64,000 bases of DNA, from contig NEEC01000004.1 in assembly GCA_002189035.1 (NCBI GenBank), positions 2,108,001 to 2,172,000 of the forward strand. Direction: 5' to 3'. The number at the start of each line of letters is the position of its first letter. Position 1 is the first letter of the stretch. The position numbers and the translations under genes were made by a program. Of this stretch, positions 26,169 through 38,529 are shown piece by piece. Origin of the DNA: Utricularia gibba (Eukaryota; Plantae; Magnoliophyta). Under the pieces are notes generated by a model. That model searched no databases. It was not told the origin of the DNA and saw only the letters and a program-made list of their open reading frames with translations.

Positions 26169-27308
26169 ATGCCTGCAACCGATTTCTTTCATCAAGCATC
26201 CTCATCTGGATTATATAGAGGCCGCGATCAGCTTCAGTCCATGGATTCCCCGGCCCCTGAATTGGAACAGGAAGCCTTTCAGAAGCGCGTCTCCGAGCGT
26301 TTTCAGGATCTGGCGGCGGCGCAATCCGATGAGCTGCTGTCAGTGTCTTGGATTAGTAAGCTTCTTGACATATTCCTCTGTTGCTTGGAAGAGTTCAAGG
26401 TCATCCTGTTCAACAATAAAGGCAGTCTCAGCAGGCCTCCGATGGACAGGTACGTGTCCGATTTCTTAGAGAGAAGCATCAAGGCCTTGGATATTTGTAA
26501 CGCTATTCGTGAAGGGATTGAACAAATGAAGCAGTGGCAAAAGTTCTTGGAAATCATTCTATGCGCATTGGACAGCAATCAGAGGAACATTGGCGAAGGG
26601 CAGCTTCGCCGTGTAAAGAGAGCGTTGGTTGATTTAGCGATTTCAATGCTGGAAGAGAAGGACACGGGCTCCGCCGTGACCCAAAGAAACCGGTCCTTCG
26701 GCCGGCGAAAAGAGGCGCCCAAGTCGCTAAGCCAATTCAGGTCCCGCTCATGGAGCCTCTCAAGGTCTTGGTCCGCAGCCAAGCAGTTGCAGGCATTCAG
26801 CAGCAGCGTTGTAGCTCCCAAGGCCAACGAAATCACTGCCACCAATGGACTGAACGTGGCTGTCTTCACCATGAATTACATTCTCTTATTCGTGATGTGG
26901 TCACTGGTTGCTGCAATCCCCTGTCAGGACCGTGGCCTTGTTATTCACTTCTACGTGTCAAAGCAGTTCCAGTGGGCGGCTCCTGTTCTTTCTCTCCACG
27001 ATAAGATCATGGAGGAATCAAAGAAGCGGGGCAGGAGGAACACTTGCGGTTTGCTCAAGGAAATTCATGAAATCGAGATATGCTCAAGGAATATGAACGA
27101 AATCATAGAGTCGATGGAGTTTCCAATGAATGAAGATAAGGAAAAGGAGGTGAAGCAGAGGATGAGGGAATTGAAGGTAGTTTATGAAGAGGTGAAGCAT
27201 GGATTGGATAGCTTGGAACGCCATGTTCGGCAAGTGTTCCATAACATTGTTCGAGTCAGGGTCGAAGCTCTAGAGACGTTAGGCCAACGTGCAAATGGCC
27301 ACGATTGA
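26169..27308 (+). CDS. ROH1-like / DUF793 (BPS1-related) protein, 379 aa, intronless CDS
   Basis: Starts MPATD. Motifs ELLSVSWISKLLD, ERSIKALDICNAIREGI, RSRSWSLSRSWSAAKQLQA, VAAIPCQDRGL, LERHVRQVFHNIVR are typical of the ROH1 clade. The ORF-track start at 26124 is a GTG; the first ATG is 26169. Confidence 0.9.
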   Translation: MPATDFFHQASSSGLYRGRDQLQSMDSPAPELEQEAFQKRVSERFQDLAAAQSDELLSVSWISKLLDIFLCCLEEFKVILFNNKGSLSRPPMDRYVSDFLERSIKALDICNAIREGIEQMKQWQKFLEIILCALDSNQRNIGEGQLRRVKRALVDLAISMLEEKDTGSAVTQRNRSFGRRKEAPKSLSQFRSRSWSLSRSWSAAKQLQAFSSSVVAPKANEITATNGLNVAVFTMNYILLFVMWSLVAAIPCQDRGLVIHFYVSKQFQWAAPVLSLHDKIMEESKKRGRRNTCGLLKEIHEIEICSRNMNEIIESMEFPMNEDKEKEVKQRMRELKVVYEEVKHGLDSLERHVRQVFHNIVRVRVEALETLGQRANGHD

Positions 27309-27494
27309 TTGATTCTATAGCGTTCTGGGCTGTGTTTCCATGGTGTGCTTTCAACATTCTCTTGTTCCTCATGCTGATTGCTTTTTCTTTCAGAAAGGAA
27401 AAGAGAGACTGCTGTGGGAACAGTGTGATGCTTAGCTTTACCAAACAGTAAAAAGGAGTTAGCAGACATAGTAGGTCCATGATCCAGTTGAAAG

Positions 27495-28414
27495 CTAGTA
27501 CATAAAAACGAGAATCCAAATTGCAGAAATGAAAACAATTTGAAGATGAGAAGCTCCGGCCACCTGAAAATAAGAACCCTCATAAAAACTTCACCATGCA
27601 AAGCAATTCATTCAGTCAAAATCATCATACCAGTTGCAGGGGAGGAGGATGCTGGGATCCAGATGTAGTTAAAGGGCTTATTATGTTGGTGGAATCAACT
27701 TCTCCTGTAGGGAGAGGCACTGCAGGATTGCTGGTGATGACGGGACCGCCACCTTCCCTGTCCCCTGCTGCAGCGGACGCCATGGAATTGTTTTCCTTGG
27801 GCTGAAATGGCCATTGAAATCCAGGAGGGTAGCCGTCGGGGACGGCAGGAGTCCGGGATGATAACGGTGGGTGTGGAGGCGAGGTGGAGGACCCCTTGAG
27901 GACTTCCACGGCGAGCTTATGCCCATGTAAGCAGCAACTGTCGGAGCCGTTGCTCATGGAGAAGTAGAAGAAACCAGGGCGAGAGACATGCCACTTTTTT
28001 TTTTGAAGAATCATCAGATGAAAAAGCAGAGGGACGACAAATGAGTACTCAGAACAATGAGTTTGTTCGTTTACCGTGTAGGAGCTGGAGCCAGGCTTAG
28101 TCAATGAAGTTGCTTGACTGAAGTTGCAGACGGTGAAAGCTCTGAGGTTCTTGAAAATGTAGAGGCTGTAGGGAGGCTTGTCCTGAAAAACTGAACGACA
28201 CAAAAATTGGGGTTCTTCCATTCACTTCAAAAACACCACATTGCAGCTGCAGCAATGCGTTCTTACCCACAGAGTCTCCAATCTGAACACGCGGCTTCTT
28301 CCACTGCCAAACCCCATCCAGCACAAGAGTAGCAGCAGGATTACAGAATTCACACAAGAGAAGGGTGACAAGAGAGAAGAAGCACATTCCTGCACTCCCT
28401 GAAGAAAATCCCAT
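27495..28414 (-). CDS. Cupredoxin/early-nodulin-like (phytocyanin) protein with signal peptide, Pro/Ser-rich linker and GPI signal, 231 aa
   Basis: Exons 28414-28267, 28190-28075, 27993-27631 and 27563-27495 (696 nt, frame-consistent). Motifs VLDGVWQWK..GDSV/VF..AFTVCNFSQAT, FFYFS, SNPAVPLPTGEVDST. Terminal exon VAGASHLQIVFISAIWILVFMY*. The canonical copper-ligand set is not evident. Confidence 0.85.
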
Positions 28415-31400
28415 CTCGTGGTTCTCCTCACTTAGAGCTACTCAATACAGATCAATTTGGCTACAAGCGCAATGCAGCTGCATCAAGTCTTCAAATCTGT
28501 TGGGTGTTGCGAGGAAAAGCGCGCTTATGGATGGATGTCAGAATCATTTTTGTCTTTTCTCGTAGACCCGCCCCTTGGATAGTGTGTGCTGTAGGACCAG
28601 GAGGCGGTACTGAGGCATCCTCAACTCAGAAAATGAAAACAAACAAATCTTACATGTAATACACACAACTTAAAAATGAACAATAGCAAGATAAAAATCA
28701 ATTCTGCACCCGCAAAACACTACCCACTAATTTCATACTGCTACAACATGCATTAAAAACCATTCTTTTAAAACTTATTCAATCGTGGAGATAACAAAGA
28801 GAATGAAAACGTCGTGGTTTCAAGTTTTTGTCGGTTAAGGGACAAGAACTTGGGAGGATATGTTTGAATGGATCGCCCTAAACAACTAGAGGAAGATGCA
28901 TGACTCTGGTCCGTGAATGCAATCTGCTGCGAGCTGATGATTGATTGATAACATAAACAAATACATATAGTGGTGGTGATTGGAGGAGGTTCCCTCCCCA
29001 GCAGCAGCCGGGGCTGAGGCCTTACCGCTGGACCAGTTCCTTTCATGCCCAAATCTCTCTCTTCTTTTGCCGTAATCTCTTATGACAAAAAGCAAAGGTC
29101 GTCAGCCTCTGTGAATACATACATACCCGTTACAGGCTTATTTTAATATTTTCTTCCCAATTTTGTCTATCCAAAAACACTGAAATCTGCTTTATTTTAT
29201 ATGTAAAAAAAAACACAGACGCGTTTAAAAGATATTAAAAGGTTTCAAACGTCACCCAGTATTTTTTTATTGTGCACACAGTATTTACCCCAGGTAAAAA
29301 AACATGTGGTTGGATGTGGGATCTGCTGCGCTGCAGTTCACAGTTGGGAAGCCAGCCATTTTGCTTAGCTATCCTAAACACAATGATGACTTGACTGGCT
29401 GGCAGCTCGGCCCGGTTTAAGCAACCAAAAGATTCCAATTATTACAATATGATTTGATATGAGGAGTGTACGAACAAGCCGCCGGTTCATAGTATTACGA
29501 GTACCCCCAACCCTATGTTTGAAATAATTGGCGATTACACAGTGGAATGCCAATCATACATGTCTGTAAGTTGGGTGGGGGATTCGTAATTACATTATGT
29601 GGGCCTCTATGGACATTCTGCTTGGGCCTAAGGAAATAAGGAGTTAGTCCAAATTGTTTTGTCAATGATAACAAAAGTAATTACATATTACAAAAGTGAG
29701 GTTGTGAAGATGTTTAATTATGAGATGTCATTCAAATTGCGAAAATGTTTCAGGAAATCTTTCATTTAGATATGCATTCATTTTCTTTCAATTATTTTAT
29801 ACCCGATGAAATAATTGCACTCGAATTCTTTCATAGAATCTCTAAGAGAATATTCCCTTCCAATTTTTTTTTTTTTTTTTTGACGTCCCAAAGATACTAG
29901 TACAACATTAAGGGTGTAGGTCTCTAGTTTCCTGTTCCTCATTTTCTATCTTTTAATTGATTGTTGGAAGCATGGTATCATATGTGTCTGACCGTACCTG
30001 AGTGTCTAAAATTGCGTTAATATGATCGAGTGTGACCAAGTGTTACTGAGTGTGGCTAAGCATTACTATTTTTCAATATGAGATCGAGTATGGTTGGGTA
30101 TTACCAAGTGCAGCTCTGGTATTATTGTGTATTAATATGATTGAGTATGATTGGATATTATTAAAAGTGGTCGAATGTTATTGTGTTTGTATGACCTACT
30201 GTGGCTACATTAGATCCATTAAAAGTTAGGGCGAGCAGTCTGAATGAAAAATAATGTGGCTCTGGATAGAGTCTCATTAATGAAAACATATTCTATTGGA
30301 AAGATTAGAAGAGTTGAACATAGCAATAATAAATTATATTATTTTCAAAATCCATAAAAAAAATTTGATCTATTTCAAAATCATCTTTAGAGATTATTTC
30401 CATTTATCTTATCTCATTTTTTGGATGCAGAATTCAGAAAAACATCACATCCAAACTGTGTGTGTGTGTGTGTTTTTTTTTTCAATTTATAAGGAGTACA
30501 TGCTCATTCTTCAGAATCTAATTGGTTTCTTCTTGTGTGCATCAACAGATCAGAATGAAAAAGCATTTTTCATTGAACAAACTACAAAACCTAATTTGAA
30601 GGCTAATTTTGCAAATCAACCATTTCTAATCTTGCCAACCAAGTGCACTGTCATGACCTCTTCTAAAATTCTTGCAAGTGCGTTTGTTAATTTGTTTAAA
30701 GTTTTAGTTATTATGATTTAATATTAAGTATAGCTTATAGATTTAAACTTGAAACATGTTTGATAAATGAATTTAGATAAACGTAGTAAATTTAAATGAA
30801 ATATGCATTTTCCCTTTGTTTTAAAGAAATACGTATAGAAAATTTCAACTCGAAATATGTTTGATAAATGAATTTCGATATGCCTAGTAAATTTAACATG
30901 AAATACGAATTTTGCTATTGTTTCTAGGAAATACATATAGAAAGTTTAAATAACTCTAAAACTGATTTTAAATTAAATCATTAATTTAATTTAAATTTTA
31001 TATAAAATACGCCTCCGAAATAAAATACTATACAAAGTCAAACTAAGACTATATACCCAATATCCCCTACACATTTAATCCCAGAAGATGTTCTTTGAAA
31101 AATATTTAAAAAAAAATTATTTATGTTTTCTCTTGATTTAGTTTATTTGTGATATGCATAATTATGCGGAAAATAGTAATAAGTTGGTAGATAAAAGAAG
31201 ACACACGTGAGAAATAGTAATGGACCCCAGACGGCGTGGACACCTCCAAATCGCAGAATGCCGCTCCCCATTTCTTTCACGTGTTTTTATTTTTCAAACA
31301 CCAACATGAATTGTCTTGGTCTCGTTGGAGAATGAAAAATTTCCAACATCAAGTATAAGTGCAATGATTGGAGGATGATTCATAAGGTAGATATACACCT

Positions 31401-32133
31401 ACACTGTGTTTTGATTTAAATTTGGGGAAATCTAAATAATTTATGATCTTTGTCTTTATACACACCTACACTGCGTTTTGTGCAAGTTTTTTCTTGGTAT
31501 ACTTTTTGACATGAAGCATGTGAAAATAAGATGAGGAGTTTTCCGAGGTAAAGGAAAGATTTGGACGAAGGAGATCTGGTAAGCGGAGGAGGATTTGAAA
31601 AGTTTCAGGTTTCTTGTACAACGTTCTAGCGACGCGGTTTTGAATATAAGTTGAGAATCCAATTCAAACATGTTTTCTTCTTCTTCTTTCTTATCGTCTT
31701 CCCTAAACCGACATACAATGAGGTCGGCGGGTTCGCGAATGGCTTTTGTGGTAAGTTATTCCATCTTGTCTCTTCAGTCGGTTGGCTCTTTCAGGGGCTG
31801 TTATAATGTCGACACACGGCCGATGCTCGAACAATGGCTCGCCTCCTCTGCTGATGACAACTGTTTGCTTCGCGTCTCACGGATATCGAGGCAGCCGCGG
31901 GGGTGCAGGGGCCTGACCTGACTTTGGGGGGTGTTCACTAGTGATTTGTATGTGTGTTTCACGTGTTTGTTGAAGGTGGCGCACAGACGGGATAGCAGGG
32001 ATTACAGTGGGAGGGTTCAGGGGAAGATGCCAGGGGAAGGGAAGGAGCGGCTTCTGCCGCCGTGCTCCAGGAGGAGGAGGCCGGTAGCAGGGGAACTGAG
32101 ATAGTGACAGGAGGTAATTTTGGGGAGTTGCTC

Positions 32134-33085
32134 ATGGGCATGCAAGGGATGCGGGGGGAGGAAGACAAACAGGAGGACTATCTTCTTTCGGCGGTCGTGG
32201 CGCCGATGATGGTGCTGTCCGGTCCTGGGCACCAGCGCGAGACGTCGGAGATGGTATCGGCGCTGACGCGTGTGGTGTCCAGTACAGCCGCTACGAGTAC
32301 AGCAGCACCCCTTGATTCTCCTTTTGCCTATTCTTCTTCTGGTCGGAATCAAAAGCGCCACCGTGATACCCAACAACTTACCGGTTTGTCAGTGATTGAT
32401 TGATATTTTCCTGTTCTGTTATTGAACCATAAGCTGTATCTGAATTTTATTTTTCAATGCTTACGTAGAGGATGATGTGGGTATCAGCGACGACCGCCCC
32501 ACAACCAGCACTCCGACGGCACCACAGACACGGAGGAAATACAGGGGAGTCCGCCAGAGGCCATGGGGGAAATGGGCAGCAGAAATTAGGGATCCCCAGA
32601 GAGCCGCCAGAGTGTGGCTGGGGACGTACGACACGGCTGAGGAAGCGGCCAGGGCATACGATGCAGCGGCCTTCCGGTTTAGAGGAAATCGCGCGAAACT
32701 CAATTTTCCAGAGGTGGCCAGACTCCCACATCCTCCAGCTCCTCCTGTTGTCATAAACCCATCGCCACCGCCTCCCGTCGACGTCCCGGCTTCGCTACTC
32801 CACACCACTGTTAGCGATTACTTGCAGTACTCGCGGATTCTCCAAAGCAGCGGCGGCGATTTTCAATCCTTGCAGCCTCCGAATATATATCAGCAGTCAT
32901 CATACTCTTACGGTGGACTCTATCCACAGCAAGCATTCAACACGCCCTCTCCGACTGCGCCTTCGGCAGCTCCTCAGTTTGGGATGCTGTACTCAGCTGC
33001 TGGGACGAGTAATCATCAGCTACATGAACCGGGAAGCCGCACAGGAAACTCTCCGGCGGATCCAGAGACCCCTCCTCCTCCGTAG
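32134..33085 (+). CDS. AP2/ERF transcription factor, ERF group X (ABR1/ERF111-like), 288 aa from the first in-frame ATG
   Basis: Exons 32134-32383 and 32469-33085 (85-nt GT-AG intron, phase 1). Group X motif [16 protein letters not shown]2 domain [47 protein letters not shown]. The true start is uncertain (see findings). Confidence 0.88.
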
Positions 33086-34130
33086 TCCGGATCCTGACGT
33101 CTCTGGATCTCATTTTCCCTTCCCATTTGTACTTGTGCAAATCACGCAGATACATGAACGGCATTTGAATGATTCCCGCGTTTGCTGAGGTAGAAAGAAG
33201 GTTATATAAAGGTAGGTTTTTTATGCTACTCATGTGTTGGTTTCCATAGCGTATTGCACTAAATTGAAAACCTCATTTTGGAATTCTGAAAATCCAGATC
33301 TTGTTTTAGGGCCAAACTTACTAAAAACTTGAGAAATTTTGTAAATAGTTTTTGTGCCTTTTTGAATTGCATATCTTTCTTATTATTTGATTGTTTAATA
33401 AATTTGAGATTGGATATGTTTTGTGTTGTTTATTTTGACTACATTTATTTTCAAATAGTTGTTTGTTTGTTAATAAATAATCTTACATTCAAGATATGAA
33501 TGCTTCTAATGAAAAAAGGAAGAAGATATTTGCTACTTATCTAACAAAATAAAACTCATATATGTCATTAAAAAAAAATTCTAATGAGATTTTATTGCAA
33601 CTTGACATGCAAGAGATAGATAAGAAAAATTTTCTGAACATATACCCAAATAATTGAAACCTAGGTAAAACTCAAATCCGCAAAGCAAACATGCCCTTAG
33701 ATATGCACTAGAAATTTGTGTACCAAATACTTGAATACATAGGAATAATTTGCCCAGAAATGAAGATCAATGAGATGAAGGAGCAATTACAAATGCTAGG
33801 TTTGGTAATATAATTGAAAGAGCAAAAATTACTCAAAAGAAATCTCAAGAGCATCACAAGAGTAGTGATCGAGTAACCACTTTTTCAGAAAGATGTGCGA
33901 TCGCTTCAAAGGTAATTTCTGAAGTTATTGCAATGAATGATAAGTTCTGAACTAAAATTGCATAAAAGTATTGAAAGACACTTTTGTAATATGTGAAGGT
34001 AATAATTTGTGGCTCAAAACTTTTGATTTGATTAAGAATAGTTTCAATTCGGAAATCTTGATGATGATTGAGAGATTATAAAGCTCGATTATGGTAAATC
34101 ATGTACAACACTTCATTATTTGATGCATAT

Positions 34131-34863
34131 TAGAGGAGTTTAACATTTACATAAGTATGTTATATCGAACGAACGAACACGAATATCTATGTTTGTGTTT
34201 GTTTACTTAATTTTATCGAACAAAAAATTTAATCATGTTCGTTTATTTAAGTTAATCGAACAAAAATTTTGTTCATGTTCATTTATTTAAAGTTCACGAT
34301 TATTTACGAATGTTCATGAACAAACAGAATATATTTATATTTTAATATAAAAATAAATAAATTATTATTTTAACATAAATATAAACATAATATTTTTAAT
34401 ATAAATTAATATTTTATATATTTTATAAAAAAAATAATCGAAAATCATCAATAATCTAACTACTAACATAAAAATAGTGTCTAATATTATTGTAGAATAA
34501 TTATATTATGTTTATATATTGATTAATATAATACATTTTATATCAAAATACATAATTTTAATAAGATATTATAGATTATAATTGAATATTAGTCTTGTTT
34601 GTGTTCGTTCAATAAAGTAATCGAACATGAATTTTGTTTGTGTTCGTTTATTTACACTATTCAAATGAATATAAACAATCTTAATCGAGTTGAAGACAAT
34701 TTGAATACGAATATGAACAATTTTTTACGTCATATGTTTAGTAAGTATGAACACTCATAATAACAACTCATACCATAATCGAGTGTATTTGTTATTTTGT
34801 GCAAATTTTTATGTCATATGAACACGAAATAGACAATATCGTGAAAGACTGATAACATCCCTA
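34131..34863. mobile_element. Degenerate hAT-type MITE
   Basis: Right end acatcccta is the reverse complement of TAGGGATGT, a hAT-like TIR. Many cgaac/gttcg subterminal repeats. Left TIR degenerate and no TSD. Confidence 0.45.
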
Positions 34864-36634
34864 CATTTACAGATCTAATTTGAGTATGTTTGTGGAAATA
34901 TGTCATATCCTTATTTCATCATTGAGTGGCATCATGTTTGCATGTGTCATATCTTTTTTTATTATATTTTGTATGATATTGTTATAATTATCTTATTGTA
35001 TTTTTTTTGGATGAAAATAAATACCTTATCTCAAATTTTAGATTCTCTAAATGTTTACCACTAGTTATATCAATCTGTTGTATTTTCTTGTTGTCAATTT
35101 GAATCATAAATTACTATCTTTTCTAAAATGATGCAATGATCCATCACAAAAAGCTACATAATTATTTATAAATTTTTTTGATGACATCCTTATGAAAATC
35201 CATTATTCATGTCAATACTAACATCTTCAATGGAATAAATAAACTCATCATGATCGCTAGCTAGTTCAATTAGATGAACAATAACTTAATCTCATCAAAT
35301 TTAGATATAATGCTGAGAATTTTTATATTGTGTATCATCCTTCTTTAACAATTTGTAAATTTTTCGAGTCTTGCTTAAAAATCAATATCATCAATTACTA
35401 GTCTAGAAGACCGACTTCAAAACATAAATCATGTATCTGTAGTAAAAAGAGACAAGGCTATGATAGTAAAAAAAAAATTAATGAGTATCATGAGTGTCTT
35501 ATTATGGATTTGGAATTTTTAAACCCCACCCTCTCCAAACTCACAAAAAATTTGATCCTTACATATTTCATAAGATAGGATGTCTATCATTTTGGATTTT
35601 TTTGCCATCTAAATATTGGAAGTATGCTCAAAAGCCATGTAATCTAACATTTCATAACTATTGTTCTCACTTTTATGGCAATATCCAGAATTATATGTTT
35701 GGAAAATGTATTTTTAAGTTGTTAAAAGTATTCGATTGATTCTCCTGTAACATGTATATTTGAATAGTTCACAATATGTATACTTTGACTGGGCATCATT
35801 ATTGGTTTGACTATCACCTCTGTTTATTTTACTGTGTTGATAAAGTGTTTATCAAGATACAGTAAACAATGAGTCAAATGCTGCTTGACATGAAATATCA
35901 GAATAAACATGTGGGGGCTCATGAGATGAGCTGACCGAACATGTGACGCTGAATAACATATGCATGGTATTTTTCGTATGTCAACATATTGTTATTCAGA
36001 TTGCTTTATGAAAATCCTTCAACTTGAGGTTTCATTGTGTCTTATATAGTATTGCGTTAGATTTGTTGCTATTTAGGCTTGTTGAAATATACAAGTCAGC
36101 GATAGTGATGGTCTAAGTTGATAGTGTATGAAGATCTCTGAATATCCAAGATATGATTCATTACTCCGGGTAAACAGAGATGAGACTTCAGATTTCCTAA
36201 TTGTTTCGTCGGGTGAATTCCTGGCTAGAGTATCGAGATATTGGAATGAGATTCCAAGTTCTCGTTTTGCCGTCGAAATATGTGCTCAAGATAATACTGA
36301 TGATCTAGATAAAACGGAATTTGACTATCCATGATTCCATTCTAGATCGAAGTCTCCGATAAATAGATATTCATAAGGATAGCAATCAAGATTCATCATT
36401 AAATATTGTACTCAGTTTTAATCGGGCAAATACAATATGTAATGCTAGTCATCTCTTGTATTTTATTACACGATATGTTGTGATAATATCGTTATTAGAG
36501 AAATGAGATTTCTCGCCTTTCATTGCCGATTAAAAATGAACATAGTTACACACACACAAATAATTAGAAGTTGTTCCAGACGCTTGTGATTCAAGTTTTG
36601 ATAGACTCTAGCATGTCTTTAAACTTGGATCACA

Positions 36635-37011
36635 TGTTGGTTAAATGTTGGTTGTATGGCGCTCAAGCCCATATTTGTAACCAAGGCTCAAAATAATATG
36701 GACCGATGATTTGGGCCACAAGACCCAAGCTCATATTCCCAAAGCCCAAGCTCATATTTATTAGCTTTTATTGAAAAGCGTGCCGCATTAAAATGCATGT
36801 CAATGCTTGACTATAAATAGGAGGTAGTTGACCTAGTTCTTGAGGTTTTGGAGTTCTTTTGGGAAGAGATGTTCAATATCCAAAAGAGGAAAAGTGATCC
36901 AAGAAGAAATGAGATCGATGAACAACGAGAAGAAGAGAACTCGACTCTGGTTTCGAATTTGGTAATTTTCTTTGCTTATCCTCTGTGTTTCTTCAACATT
37001 GATATCAGTGC
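36635..37011 (+). mobile_element. LTR remnant followed by a tRNA-Met primer-binding-site-like motif
   Basis: TGTTGG...TCAACA (36635-36998) with ctataaatagg, then tgatatcagtgc (37000-37011), a 10/12 match to the canonical PBS tggtatcagagc. Confidence 0.55.
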
Positions 37012-38529
37012 TAATATGAGATATTAGCATTGGTTTCACTGTGTTTTTCCCAACATATTGATTCAAGAGTTGGATCAAATCTTGATGTTAATATGAGATA
37101 TTAATATCAGATGGATGTTTATTCCATGAGATGGTTTAAATATATTTTGGGCAAAATGTATGTGATACATTTGTTGTTTTTAACTTAGTCAGATTGACTT
37201 CTAGTTCATGTGGATGAGTTAGAGGCATCGTAATTTCAATGCTATAGGCGATATGAGATATCGCTAGTTACGAAAAGGGAAAAATTTTGTTTTTCCCACC
37301 TTCTGCTGCGCATAATCCGACATCAAATTTATCATTGTAAGAGTTCTAGTGAAACATGTGCATGGTGTGAACTTTACAAGATTAAGATCTTGGTCTTGCA
37401 TACCAAAATTTAGGATACAAGAATTTGATATCATAAAAAAATAAATTTTTATTAGATTTTTTTACAAATTCAATTTCTTTTGACTTGATTACATGGAGTT
37501 ATTATATTATTTTTAATTTTATTATACTACTAGTTTTCAATTTAAAAATTAGGAATATTCTTACATATCTATATATTTCAAATTGATGTATTCACTTATT
37601 TAAATTTGTCTATCCATAAATTATCAATTGTAGAATATTATTTTTTTTTATCTCCTTTATTCTCTTGGTTTTACCTCTCAAACTAGTGTTGAATGTTATC
37701 ATTCGTTAGATTTTACACTTGATGTGCTCCTCGAATTGGGCTTGGGTAGTTTTGCTAGTTATAACAATCACGGTATTCTCTCTATATTCTCAGATACTTT
37801 CCGTATTAGATCATTTAGAAATGAACCATAAGCATTTTTTTTATAATTTTTATCTCATGCTAAAATAATAAATTATTACTTTAGATCAAACAATAAGTAA
37901 TGAGTAATAACTTTTACTTAATACTATGGTAAGCTTGACTTAATAAGATTTGAAGAAGTGATATTAAGATCGATTTGATAGATCTTGCCAAGGATCTACC
38001 TGATAAGTACTCACTCATAATAACAACTCATGCCTCTCTTTCACGATATTGTTTGTTTCGAATATTCAATCTTTATAATTTTACGTTTTTCACATTCTCA
38101 ATTTATCTATCAAGGTCCTTTCGCCTTATTCAAGAAAAGGTTTTGTACAAGGTTTACACAAACATTGTATTCACTCTCATTATTTCCAATTAAATAATGG
38201 ATTTGATATTCATTTAAGTCCCTTGTGCCTTCCTCGGGGTGGGCATCACATCTAATAGGCCAAAGACTCAATAATGGCAGCACATATTATTTCCAAGGGT
38301 CCGGCAATGGCATTCTAAGTCACGTTAGCATCGGATTATTACTTTATGTGTTTCTCGATTAGCTTTTATAGTATATATCTTGAAAATAATTTTAAAGCAT
38401 CTCTAATGGTTTCTAAGTCTACATGGTACTTCCATTTTGTTTATTAGATTTTTGCAAACCATTGTACATGTGTAGTTTTGTTTCTGAATTTCTGCATAAT
38501 GAAATTCACTTTCATTGCGGAAATCCATT

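Noticed and set aside
30015-30180. Three spaced aatatga(t)cgagt units resembling a CRISPR-like array
   Set aside because: Degenerate tandem repeat of about 58 bp in eukaryotic DNA. The spacers are related to each other and there are no cas genes.
31391-31485. Short direct repeat (ata(t/c)acacctacactg) upstream of the ERF
   Set aside because: A real but tiny local duplication with no evidence of function.
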